Positions 31,434 to 40,506 of a stretch of 64,000 nt of DNA are shown here, one piece after another. Positions within the stretch are counted from its first letter, which is position 1. The number at the start of each line of letters is the position of its first letter. Position numbers and translations under genes: made by a program. The stretch comes from an uncultured Actinomycetota bacterium (GTDB taxonomy: Bacteria > Actinomycetota > Actinomycetes > JAHEKZ01), in the NCBI GenBank assembly GCA_963829525.1, contig CAWHIJ010000003.1:256001-320000 (forward strand), given 5' to 3'. The notes beneath the pieces were generated by a model that saw only the letters and a list, made by a program, of their open reading frames with translations, ran no database searches and was not told where the DNA came from.

Positions 31434-32056
31434 CCTCACGGATTCTTGTCGTCGACAACTACGACTCATTCGTCTACAACCTTGTGCAGTACCTCGCCCA
31501 GCTGGGAGCTGAGTGCACGGTGCTACGCAACGACGCCGTCGACCTCGACGCTGTCACCAGCTACGACGGTGTGCTGCTCAGCCCCGGCCCAGGGATTCCG
31601 GAGGATGCCGGAGTATGCGTCCCATTGGTGCGCGAGTTCGCCGGACGCGTGCCGATCTTCGGCGTCTGTCTCGGACTGCAGGCCATGGCCGTGGCCTACG
31701 GGGCAACGGTGGGCAGGGCGCCCGAGCTGTTGCACGGCAAGACCAGCCTTGTCGAGCACGAGGGCGTCGGCGTTCTCGCAGGACTGCCGAACCCCTTCAC
31801 CGCGACGCGGTACCACTCGCTGGCGGTCGATGAAGCAACCATCCCACCGGACTGGGACGTGACTGGCCGCACGGCGTCCGGCGTCATCATGGCAATGCGT
31901 CACCACACGCTGACTGTCGAAGGCGTGCAGTTCCACCCTGAGTCCGTGCTCACTGAGGGTGGCCACCTGATGTTGGCCAACTGGCTCACTGTGTGCGGAG
32001 ACCTCGAGGCGGTGACGCGTTCAGCGGGGTTAGCCCCCGTCGTTGCGCCGAGTTAG
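31430..32056 (+). CDS. pabA: Aminodeoxychorismate/anthranilate synthase glutamine amidotransferase component II
   Basis: ILVVDNYDSFVYNL, LSPGPG.P, GVCLG, RYHSL and GVQFHPES motifs. Confidence 0.92.
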   Translation: MTSRILVVDNYDSFVYNLVQYLAQLGAECTVLRNDAVDLDAVTSYDGVLLSPGPGIPEDAGVCVPLVREFAGRVPIFGVCLGLQAMAVAYGATVGRAPELLHGKTSLVEHEGVGVLAGLPNPFTATRYHSLAVDEATIPPDWDVTGRTASGVIMAMRHHTLTVEGVQFHPESVLTEGGHLMLANWLTVCGDLEAVTRSAGLAPVVAPS

Positions 32057-32084
32057 GCCAGCGGGCGTTGGGGTGCTCGTCCCG

Positions 32085-33788
32085 TCACGGGGGGTTGCCG
32101 GCGCCGCCGCCGTTGTTGGTCGTGGTATCCGAAGGCGTCGGTGTCGCGGTGTCAGTGGGTGTTGGCGGCGGGGGAGCCTTGGCGATGGTGAGGACCACGG
32201 TGGTTGCCAAGCGCGCGAAGGTTCCTCCGGCTGGTGACTGGTCGATCACGCTGCCAGCGGGATCCTGGTCGGTCTCTTCATAGACCGGGGTCACGTTGAA
32301 CCCGGCCGCCTTCAGGGTCGCTGTTGCCGCGGCTTCGCTGTCCCCGAGAACGTCTGGTACCTCGACTTCGCCGGTGCTGACCGACAGGACGACTGTCGAC
32401 CCGACATCGACGAGGGTGCCGCCGGCGGGGTCGGTGCTGACCACGGTGCCCGCCGCCTGATCTGAGTCGACCGGTTCGGTGTCGACCAGGAGCGCCTTCC
32501 CCTGCACCTCGTTGATGGCCACCTGCTGAGACAGCCCGACGACATTCGGGACCTCGACCTGCTCAGGTCCTGCCGAGACGACAAGGGTGACCGTTGACCC
32601 CTCGGCTGCCTGGGTGTCCCCGGCTGGGTCCTGGGTCAGGACTGTGTTCTTCTTCTCGTCGCTGGTCTGGGTCTCGACCCGCGTCTCGAAGCCTGCGTCG
32701 GTCAGGGTGGCCTCCGCCTTTGCCAACTTGTCGCCAACGACACTCGGGACTGCCACGGTCGTGGTCTCGCCACCAAGCAGAGCCCATGCTCCGATGCCCA
32801 GGAGCCCAAGGACTACCAGGACGCCGATGACCAACGCGATGTAGCCACCCTTTCGGCTCTTCTCCTCGGGCTCTGGATCGGTGATGGCGGTGAGCGGTTG
32901 GGTCATGGGCTCGGCCATCACCGGCGGCGCCGCAACGGTGGCGCCCTGCAGAGCCCTGTTGATGTCTGCACGCATCTCTGCTGCTGACTGGTACCGGTTG
33001 GCGGGGTTCTTTGTGAGGGCCTTCATCACGATGGCGTCCGCTTCGCCACCTATGTCAGGATTCAGCGTAGACGGCGTAAGCGGGTTCTCCCGCACGTGCT
33101 GGTAGGCGACAGCAACCGGTGACTCCCCCTGGAAGGGTGGCCGTCCGGTGAGCAGCTCGTAGAGCAGGCAGCCGGTCGAGTAGACATCCGAGCGAGCGTC
33201 TACGGTCTCGCCCCTTGCCTGCTCAGGTGAGAGGTACTGGGCCGTTCCGAGGACGTTGGCGGTCTGCGTCATGGTGGCACCGCTGTCGGCGACGGCACGA
33301 GCGATCCCGAAGTCCATCACCTTGACCTCGCCATTGGTCGCCAGCATGACGTTTGCCGGCTTGATGTCGCGGTGAATGATGCCCTGTCGGTGGCTGTACT
33401 CGAGCGCGCCAAGCACGCCAGCTGTGATTTCCATCGCTCGGTTCGGCATCAGCCGTTGGCCTTCGCGCAGCAGCTCGCGCAGGGTTTGACCTTCGACGTA
33501 CTCCATCACGATGTAGGGGACGCGCACGCCGTTGAGCTCGTCCTCGCCGGTGTCGTAGACGGCGACAACTGATGGCGCATTCAGAGATGCCGCCGATTGC
33601 GCCTCGCGACGGAACCGTGCCTGGAACGTCGCGTCACGCGCGAGGTCGGTGCGGAGCATCTTGACGGCGACCGACCGCCCGAGCCTCAGGTCGGTCGCCT
33701 TTCGAACGTCTGCCATGCCGCCGTGGCCGAGCAGCTCGCCGAGCTCGTATCGCCCACCGAGCGTGCCATTGGTCCTGTCGCCGCTCAC
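32085..33788 (-). CDS. pknB: PASTA-domain Ser/Thr protein kinase PknB
   Basis: GHGGMADV, VAVK, HRDIKPAN, DFG and GTAQYLSPEQ motifs, TM helix, three PASTA repeats. Confidence 0.96.
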   Translation of the reverse strand: MSGDRTNGTLGGRYELGELLGHGGMADVRKATDLRLGRSVAVKMLRTDLARDATFQARFRREAQSAASLNAPSVVAVYDTGEDELNGVRVPYIVMEYVEGQTLRELLREGQRLMPNRAMEITAGVLGALEYSHRQGIIHRDIKPANVMLATNGEVKVMDFGIARAVADSGATMTQTANVLGTAQYLSPEQARGETVDARSDVYSTGCLLYELLTGRPPFQGESPVAVAYQHVRENPLTPSTLNPDIGGEADAIVMKALTKNPANRYQSAAEMRADINRALQGATVAAPPVMAEPMTQPLTAITDPEPEEKSRKGGYIALVIGVLVVLGLLGIGAWALLGGETTTVAVPSVVGDKLAKAEATLTDAGFETRVETQTSDEKKNTVLTQDPAGDTQAAEGSTVTLVVSAGPEQVEVPNVVGLSQQVAINEVQGKALLVDTEPVDSDQAAGTVVSTDPAGGTLVDVGSTVVLSVSTGEVEVPDVLGDSEAAATATLKAAGFNVTPVYEETDQDPAGSVIDQSPAGGTFARLATTVVLTIAKAPPPPTPTDTATPTPSDTTTNNGGGAGNPP

Positions 33789-35224
33789 TGGAGCACCGCC
33801 TCCATCACCTGTCGTGCGATGGGTCCAGCCACCGCTCCACCCGTTGCGGCGTCGCCAAGACGGCCGCCGTTCTCAACGATCACAGCCACCGCGATCTGCG
33901 GGTCTTCCGCAGGCGCGAAGGCCATGAACCAGACATGTGGCGACCGGTTGCCGTCCTGGGCGGTACCTGTCTTGCCGCCCACGCTCACTCCTGGGATCGC
34001 TGCGCTGCCCCCGGTGCCGCTCGATACCACCGTGACCATCATGTCGCGAAGCTGTCCCGCTACCTCTGACGACACGGCCCGGGACATCGGTTCCGGGTTG
34101 GTTATGTCAAGGGCCGACAGGTCAGGAGCACGCTCCTCAGCCACTAGGTACGGGGTCATCACCACTCCATCATTGGCCACTCCTGCGCCCACCATCGCCA
34201 TCTGCAAAGCCGTCGCCCTGACGTCGTACTGACCGATGGCGCTCTGGGCCGTCTGGGGAGCGTTGAGGTCTCCTGGATAGATGCTCGGAGCCACGGTGAG
34301 TGGGATGTCAATCCGGTCGTTGAAGCCAAACTTCTCGGCCTGGTCGCGCAGCGCGTCATCGCCGAGGTCGAGTCCGATCTTGGCGAAGGCGGTGTTGCAG
34401 GACAAGGCGAGGGCCTCGGTGAGCGTGACCACGCCACTGAGACAAGGTGCATCGTCAAAGTTGCTGATCGTTGCTGAGGTCTCGGGCAGCTCGAGGACGG
34501 CCGGCCCGGGGATCTCGGTGTCCGGCGTGTACTCCCCGCTACTCAGGGCAGCGGCTGAGACCACCACCTTGAAGAGCGAACCCGGAGGGTAGACCTGCTG
34601 AATGGACCGGTTGAGAAGTGGATCGCCGGGATCCTTACGCAACTTGTCGTAGTTCTCACTGACCGCTGTTGGATCGTGGGACGCCAGGAGGTTCGGGTCG
34701 AACGACGGCGATGAAGCCAAGGCAAGGATGGCTCCCGTTTGTGGGTTGAGAGCCACCACAGCCCCTTCCTGACCGTCCAATCCCTCAAAGGCAGCGCGCT
34801 GTGCATCTGCGTCCAGCGTCAACACCACGGTGCCACCCTGCGGTTGCTGACCGGAGAAGAGCGTGGTCAAGCGATCGACGAAGAGGCGGTCGTCCGAACC
34901 GGCGAGTAAGTCGTTCTCTGCCTTCTCGATACCGGTCGCGCCGTAGACGGAGTAGTAGCCGGTGGCTGGGGCGTAGGTCTCGCCGTCGCTGTAGACGCGC
35001 AGATAGCGGAGTCGCTCGTCGGTGGGAACTGACTTAGCCACTTCCTTGCGGCCGACGAGGATTGAACCCCGCTGTTGGTCGTACTCGTCGATGATCTGAC
35101 GACGATTGCCATCCCGGGCCCTCAGCTCGTCGTTCTGGATGACAGCCAAGACATTGGCGTTGATCATCAGGGCAAGGATGAGTAGGCCGAGCGCAACTGT
35201 GGTCCGACGAATGGTGGCATTCAT
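33785..35224 (-). CDS. pbpA: Class B penicillin-binding protein PbpA
   Basis: PPGSLFK (SxxK), SCN and KTGTAQ motifs; ATG start at 35224. Confidence 0.94.
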   Translation of the reverse strand: MNATIRRTTVALGLLILALMINANVLAVIQNDELRARDGNRRQIIDEYDQQRGSILVGRKEVAKSVPTDERLRYLRVYSDGETYAPATGYYSVYGATGIEKAENDLLAGSDDRLFVDRLTTLFSGQQPQGGTVVLTLDADAQRAAFEGLDGQEGAVVALNPQTGAILALASSPSFDPNLLASHDPTAVSENYDKLRKDPGDPLLNRSIQQVYPPGSLFKVVVSAAALSSGEYTPDTEIPGPAVLELPETSATISNFDDAPCLSGVVTLTEALALSCNTAFAKIGLDLGDDALRDQAEKFGFNDRIDIPLTVAPSIYPGDLNAPQTAQSAIGQYDVRATALQMAMVGAGVANDGVVMTPYLVAEERAPDLSALDITNPEPMSRAVSSEVAGQLRDMMVTVVSSGTGGSAAIPGVSVGGKTGTAQDGNRSPHVWFMAFAPAEDPQIAVAVIVENGGRLGDAATGGAVAGPIARQVMEAVLQ

Positions 35225-36600
35225 GCGGCCACCTCCCGGCGCGGCGCGTCCGGTGGACGGCGAGCGGCATCGCTGACCCGCAGGAGGAGCGCAACCAAGG
35301 CCCAGTTGGCAATGAGAGATGAACCACCGTAGGAGAGGAACGGGGTCGTCAAGCCGGTCAGCGGGATCAACTTCATGACGCCGCCAATGACGACGAAGAC
35401 TTGGATGCCAACCGCAGTTGAAAGTCCCGCGGCAAGCAGTTTGCCGAACGCGTCGCGGCAAGCCACTGCGGTACGCATGCCCCGCTCGATGATGATTGCG
35501 TAAAGCACCAAAAGAGCCATGACGCCGGTGAGACCTAGCTCTTCACCGAAGGCTGACATGATGAAGTCGGTCTTCGCGAACGGTACGAAGTCAGGGTGAC
35601 CCTGACCCAGTCCGACACCAAGAACGCCGCCGCTTGCGAAGCCGTAGAGGCTCTGCGCGATCTGAAATCCGTCACCTGACTCGTCAGCGAACGGGTGAAG
35701 CCAGATGTCGACTCGCAGTTGGACATGGTCGAAGAGCCAGTACGCGACGAAGGCGCCAGCCGCGAACAGCAAGGCCCCGATGAAGATCCACGAGCGACGC
35801 TCAGTGGCGATGTAGAGCATGGCGACGAAGAGCCCGAAGAAGAGCAGTGATGTTCCAAGGTCACGCTGGAGTACAAGCACGCCCAAGGAGGCGGCCCATG
35901 CCACCAGGATGGGCCCAAGGTCACGGCCGCGTGGCAAGTCGATCCCCATGACGCGGCTACGGGCCAGTGCGAGCACATCGCGCTTGACCACGAGGTAGCC
36001 GGCAAAGAACACGATGAGAACAATCTTGGCAACCTCAGCTGGCTGGAAGCTGAAAGTGCGTCCGCCAAGACTCAGCTGGATCCAGATCCGGGCGCCGTTG
36101 ATCTCGGTTCCGATGAAGGGAAGCAACGGGAGCACCAGGAGCGCCAGACCCAGGAGCATTGCTGTGTACGTGTAGCGCTGAAGCACCCGATGGTCGCGCA
36201 CGAGGAGCAGCACCGCGACGAAGAGCCCGATGCCAAGGACAAACCACCCGATCTGGGCGACATACTCAGGGTCGGTCGGCGTGAGGTCTTCGGCCAGGTC
36301 GAGTCGGTGAATCATCGCCAGGCCCAACCCGTTCAGCAACGAGACGGTCGGGAGCAGGACCGGGTCCGCATAGGGGGCCAACCACCTCAAGCTCACGTGA
36401 GCGACGACCAGCCCGAGGCCAAAGACGACAGCGAAAGCGGTGAAGTCGTTGCTCAGCGCGTCAAGGAGCACAAGGTCGACCTGAGCGAAGGCGGCCAGCG
36501 CGATTGCATAGGCAAAGACCAAGAGGACCAGCTCAGTCCCACGGCGCTGTTTGGGAGTCCGGGTGCTCACTCCGGCCGGGCTTGCGGTAGCGGTACTCAT
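35221..36600 (-). CDS. rodA: SEDS family PG polymerase RodA/FtsW
   Basis: NGARIWI, FQPAEVAK, RDLGTSLL, TDFI...GEELG and IPLTGLTTPFLSYGGSS motifs. Confidence 0.94.
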   Translation of the reverse strand: MSTATASPAGVSTRTPKQRRGTELVLLVFAYAIALAAFAQVDLVLLDALSNDFTAFAVVFGLGLVVAHVSLRWLAPYADPVLLPTVSLLNGLGLAMIHRLDLAEDLTPTDPEYVAQIGWFVLGIGLFVAVLLLVRDHRVLQRYTYTAMLLGLALLVLPLLPFIGTEINGARIWIQLSLGGRTFSFQPAEVAKIVLIVFFAGYLVVKRDVLALARSRVMGIDLPRGRDLGPILVAWAASLGVLVLQRDLGTSLLFFGLFVAMLYIATERRSWIFIGALLFAAGAFVAYWLFDHVQLRVDIWLHPFADESGDGFQIAQSLYGFASGGVLGVGLGQGHPDFVPFAKTDFIMSAFGEELGLTGVMALLVLYAIIIERGMRTAVACRDAFGKLLAAGLSTAVGIQVFVVIGGVMKLIPLTGLTTPFLSYGGSSLIANWALVALLLRVSDAARRPPDAPRREVAA

Positions 36601-37841
36601 GGTGTGACCGGACAGCCGGCTGGCGGGTTCTTGTCCGCGCAGCGCTGAGCCTCGTCGTCGAGCCGCTGCACGATGTCGCGGGCATCTTCAACGTTCTGAG
36701 CCACGATGGCGTTGGTGACCTGTTCCTGCTCGAACTCGGGCAGTTCGTCGACGCCGACGGTCGAAGTCTCGACCAGGCGGGAAAGGTCGACCCCGAAAAG
36801 GGGGTCGGTGGGGCCGCGGAACACCGCGACAACCTCGCCGGTGGTTCCGGGAGTGGTTGCCACGAAGTACTGTCCCTGCGACCAGGTGTACCAGCCGACC
36901 ACCGAACCGACCACAAGCCCCAGCAGCAGCATGCCAACTGCAGTAGTCACCAAGAGGCGGCGGCGAGAGCGCCTGCTTGCGGGAGCCTCATCCTCATCGT
37001 CGGACCGGGCAAGCCTGGCCGCTCGTCCAGCCGGAGTATCAGGGAGATGCAAACGACGGGAGTTGCGCTGCACACCTACCGCCCCGACTACCAGTGCATC
37101 CCCAGTATCGGGTGCTGTGTCGGCATCGACGACATCACCTACGACACAAGTGATGTTGTCTGGACCTCCGGCCCGCAGCGCGAGATCAACGAGCTCATCT
37201 ACGGCATTCTGAGGCTCGTCGTTGGCGAGCAGGCTGGCTGCGATGGTGTCCGTCGAGACGACGCCTGAGAGTCCGTCGCTGCAGAGAAGAATTCGGTCGC
37301 CGGGCCTGATCTCGCGGATCGACAGGTCGGCCTCGGTGGGGTGGGTTCCGTCGAGCACCCGGGTGAGGACGTTGCGCTGCGGGTGCGTCGCGGCATCGTG
37401 TGCTGACAGCCGACCGGCATCCACCAGCGACTGCACCAGCGTGTGGTCTCTGGTGATCCGTTCGAGCGATCCGCCGCGCATCAGGTAGCCGCGTGAGTCG
37501 CCGACGTGCACCAACCCCAGGCGACCCTCCGCTCGTACTACGGCGGTGAGAGTGGTGCCCATGCCCCGAAGGCGTGGCTCTGCGTCAACCAACCCACCGA
37601 GCTGGTCTTCGATCCGCCGGATCGCATCGGCGAACACCTCGAGCAGGTCACCGCTTGGCTCGTCTTCATCGAGCGAGGCGAGTGCCGCCACCGCGACGGA
37701 GCTGGCGACCTCGCCAGCAGCCGCTCCTCCCATGCCGTCGGCAACGACGAGCAGATGTGGGCTGGCGTAGCCACTGTCCTCGTTGCCTTCGCGAAGGAGC
37801 CCTACGTCAGAACGGGCTGCGTATCGCAGGGTCAGCCCCAC
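36597..37841 (-). CDS. pstP: PP2C-family Ser/Thr phosphatase PstP
   Basis: R.GNED, VADGMGG, HVGDSR.Y, LCSDGL and GGPDNIT motifs; C-terminal TM. Confidence 0.94.
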   Translation of the reverse strand: MGLTLRYAARSDVGLLREGNEDSGYASPHLLVVADGMGGAAAGEVASSVAVAALASLDEDEPSGDLLEVFADAIRRIEDQLGGLVDAEPRLRGMGTTLTAVVRAEGRLGLVHVGDSRGYLMRGGSLERITRDHTLVQSLVDAGRLSAHDAATHPQRNVLTRVLDGTHPTEADLSIREIRPGDRILLCSDGLSGVVSTDTIAASLLANDEPQNAVDELVDLALRAGGPDNITCVVGDVVDADTAPDTGDALVVGAVGVQRNSRRLHLPDTPAGRAARLARSDDEDEAPASRRSRRRLLVTTAVGMLLLGLVVGSVVGWYTWSQGQYFVATTPGTTGEVVAVFRGPTDPLFGVDLSRLVETSTVGVDELPEFEQEQVTNAIVAQNVEDARDIVQRLDDEAQRCADKNPPAGCPVTP

Positions 37842-37857
37842 GGCGCATCCTGCCCGC

Positions 37858-38343
37858 TCACTTGCGGAGCTCCATGACGGTCTTGCCGATCCGGATCGGC
37901 GTTCCGATCGGCACAGTCATGGCTCCGGTTACCCGGGTCCTCTGAACGTAAGTCCCATTTGTCGAGCCGAGATCCTCGATGATCCAGCCAGACTGATGTG
38001 GTGAGATGCGAGCATGGTGGTTCGACGCGTAGTCATCATCGATGACCACGGTGCAGTCAGCAGATCGGCCGATCGTGATCGGAGCCGCGCCCAAGGTGAC
38101 GGAGGTACCCGCCAGCGAGCCCTCGAGGACGATGAGCGCGCGCGCATTTCCCTTGCGTCCACTCTTCGGTTTGGTCGGCTTGCTTGGGGTAGGGGCCGTG
38201 CGACCAGCAGACTTGGGTGCTCGACTGCGCGTGACACGAGGTCCGAAGAGGTCTGAGCGCATCACACCAGCCACCGTGAGGACAAACGTCCAAAGGAGCA
38301 CCAGGAAGCCGAGCCGCAGGACGGTGAGCGTGAGTTCGGACAT
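37858..38343 (-). CDS. fhaB: FHA domain protein FhaB/FipA
   Basis: N-terminal TM (RLGFLVLLW.F), IGR, S.HHAR and DLGSTNGT motifs. Confidence 0.92.
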   Translation of the reverse strand: MSELTLTVLRLGFLVLLWTFVLTVAGVMRSDLFGPRVTRSRAPKSAGRTAPTPSKPTKPKSGRKGNARALIVLEGSLAGTSVTLGAAPITIGRSADCTVVIDDDYASNHHARISPHQSGWIIEDLGSTNGTYVQRTRVTGAMTVPIGTPIRIGKTVMELRK

Positions 38344-39017
38344 CACCCTCCCTTGGTACGGAAGACGATGCGGGTGCTGCCCAGCGTGATGATCGATCCG
38401 TCACCTAAGTCGGACTGCTCGGCGCGAACGTCATCGACGAGGGTCCCATTGGTCGAACCGAGGTCGACGATGCTCGGAGTTGGTCGAAGGCGGAGCATCG
38501 CGTGGCGTCGGGACGCCCCGGGGTCGGTAATGCGGACATCAGCCTCGCTTCCACGTCCGATGATGTTGACGTCTTGAGTCAGTGGTACCTGCTGACCTGC
38601 GACGTCGAGCCACGCACGAGGCAGTTGCTGATCAACGGGTATCTCTCCAGGTGAGGCCTCACCCAGAACGCGGAAGAGGCCTGTCTCGAGATCGTCGTCC
38701 CGTTTGATGTCAACGGTAAGCGGACCGACGAAGGCGTACCCCTGCTCGCCAGCATGTTCGCGCACCACGTCGGCCAGCTCGCGCGAGAGGGCATCGCGAT
38801 AGACGGTGAGGCGTTCGAAGTCAGTCGGCGCGAGGTCGACGGTGAAGGAGTTGGGAACGATGGTGCGATCACGGGCAACGATGGCCGCCCGGTCATCGCA
38901 CTCTCGTTGCAGGGCGCTGGCAATCTCGACCGGCTGAACCTCTGACTTGAAGGCCCGGGCAAAGGCGCCGTTGACCAGACGATCGAGGCGTCGCTCGAAG
39001 CGGTCGAGGATGCCCAC
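38343..39017 (-). CDS. fhaA: DUF3662 + FHA domain protein FhaA
   Basis: LDRFERRL...VNGAFARAFKSEVQPVEIA, IGRG, SRRHA and DLGSTNGT motifs; GTG 39017 with GGAGG RBS. Confidence 0.92.
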   Translation of the reverse strand: MGILDRFERRLDRLVNGAFARAFKSEVQPVEIASALQRECDDRAAIVARDRTIVPNSFTVDLAPTDFERLTVYRDALSRELADVVREHAGEQGYAFVGPLTVDIKRDDDLETGLFRVLGEASPGEIPVDQQLPRAWLDVAGQQVPLTQDVNIIGRGSEADVRITDPGASRRHAMLRLRPTPSIVDLGSTNGTLVDDVRAEQSDLGDGSIITLGSTRIVFRTKGG

Positions 39018-39187
39018 CGCACCTCCAAGCATCGTGGCCGCCAGATGACACTGGCCGATCGTCCTGCGGGGACTCGCAGGCGGCTCACTGATCGTATCGG
39101 CGCGGGTCGAGGCTCACCGTCAGGTGCCGGTGGTGATTCTGGGGCCGAGCGTGCCGGTGATAGCCTTTCGGGGCCCTCATTGGGCAT

Positions 39188-39274
39188 GCGCGAGTGGCGG
39201 AATTGGCAGACGCGCACGGTTCAGGTCCGTGTGTCCGAAAGGGCTTGGGGGTTCAAGTCCCCCCTCGCGCACCA
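39188..39274 (+). tRNA. tRNA-Leu (CAG)
   Basis: GCGCGAG/CTCGCGC acceptor stem, anticodon arm CACGG-TTCAGGT-CCGTG, long variable arm, encoded CCA. Confidence 0.96.
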
Positions 39275-39281
39275 CAACGAT

Positions 39282-39311
39282 GGGCCCTCAACCTCAACGT
39301 GGTTGGGGCCC
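39282..39311. terminator. Hairpin after tRNA-Leu (probably bidirectional terminator)
   Basis: GGGCCCTCAACC ... GGTTGGGGCCC, between tRNA-Leu and a convergent CDS. Confidence 0.6.
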
Positions 39312-39324
39312 TGATTCTTGGTTC

Positions 39325-40383
39325 TCAGGCCTTCTCGGAGGACTTTGCGTTGCGCTGAATCAGTCCGACGAGCGTGGTGATGGCAGCGTCGCGCTCGTCC
39401 TGGGCTGCTGGTTGGTCTGGATCTTCGTACGGGGTCGCCGTGGGTGCTGGCGCTGGCCGCATCTCGTCAAGGTCTCCCACGAGGTCGTATCCAAGAGTGC
39501 TCAGTTCGTCGGCGACTCGCACCGATTCTGCCGCCGCCCACTGTGATTGTTCAGTAGTGAGATGGATCGGCCTGCGCGCTCCGGGGAACTGGAGAACGCC
39601 GTTAGCCACCGGTGTCTTGACGAAGCGGATGTAGTCACCGGCGCTCATCGGATCGTGGCCCGACATGAGCTCCTGATTGATACGACGCAACACGTTGGTC
39701 TCAACGTTGCCGAGAGAGACGTTTGGTCGCACGGCTGTCGGGTCAACCTGTGCAGGATCGATGCCGAGGACGGCGGCGAAGCGTTGCCACAGCAAGTCGG
39801 ACGGCGCCCCCCGCTGTGGCACTGTCACAACGTGGACGTGGTTCTGTGAAACGGCCTGACTCCACTTGGCGAGAATTTGCCTTGCATCCTGCGCCCGCCA
39901 AAGACGCCGTTCCTTGTCTTCGTCGCCCTGGGAGTCAGGGGTGGAAACGAGGTTCACGTAGTCGGCAAACCCCAGCGTAGAGCCGTTCTTCACCGCCTCT
40001 TGCCATGCGGCGGGAAGCTGCCGCAGCAGGTCACGCACGGTGAAGATAATGTGCAGCTCTCGGCCCGCGAAGTCCGCTGTCAGGTGCGCCAGGTGGCGAT
40101 CAGTCAATCTCGCGCCGAACGTCTCATTGGAAATCACCGCCGGCCCCTCCCATCCACGCACCTCGGCGACGAGATCACCCCACGGACCCTGATCTGATTT
40201 CCACCGGGAGCTACCACCGTGTTGGACGAAGTCGCGTGCGGCCTGCTTCTGCCTTCCCTTAGGTCCAGGAACAAGCATGCCAATGTTGCGCAGCTGCATG
40301 CGTTGCTCGCGCATCAGGGACTGCAGGTAGGTGGTCCCCGTCTTGGGAGCTCCGATGTGCAGGAACAGCGGCGGCATGGTCAT
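39325..40383 (-). CDS. Sulfotransferase-like P-loop protein
   Basis: LFLHIGAPKTGTTYLQ (5'-PSB loop), VISNE, VRDLLRQLPAAWQE.VK and N.SLG motifs. Confidence 0.8.
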   Translation of the reverse strand: MTMPPLFLHIGAPKTGTTYLQSLMREQRMQLRNIGMLVPGPKGRQKQAARDFVQHGGSSRWKSDQGPWGDLVAEVRGWEGPAVISNETFGARLTDRHLAHLTADFAGRELHIIFTVRDLLRQLPAAWQEAVKNGSTLGFADYVNLVSTPDSQGDEDKERRLWRAQDARQILAKWSQAVSQNHVHVVTVPQRGAPSDLLWQRFAAVLGIDPAQVDPTAVRPNVSLGNVETNVLRRINQELMSGHDPMSAGDYIRFVKTPVANGVLQFPGARRPIHLTTEQSQWAAAESVRVADELSTLGYDLVGDLDEMRPAPAPTATPYEDPDQPAAQDERDAAITTLVGLIQRNAKSSEKA

Positions 40384-40506
40384 TTTTGGGTCGGTACCCC
40401 TTTCTGGTTTGGAACCCTAGCAACCCTGCAGCGAGACCGATCGCATCCCATAATCACGCAGAATGTGCCGCCATGATCGTCTGCTCTCGTCCGATACCAT
40501 CGGGCC

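Noticed and set aside
32085-35224. Absence of pknA between pbpA and pknB
   Set aside because: The single-kinase arrangement is common outside the mycolata and is not unusual.
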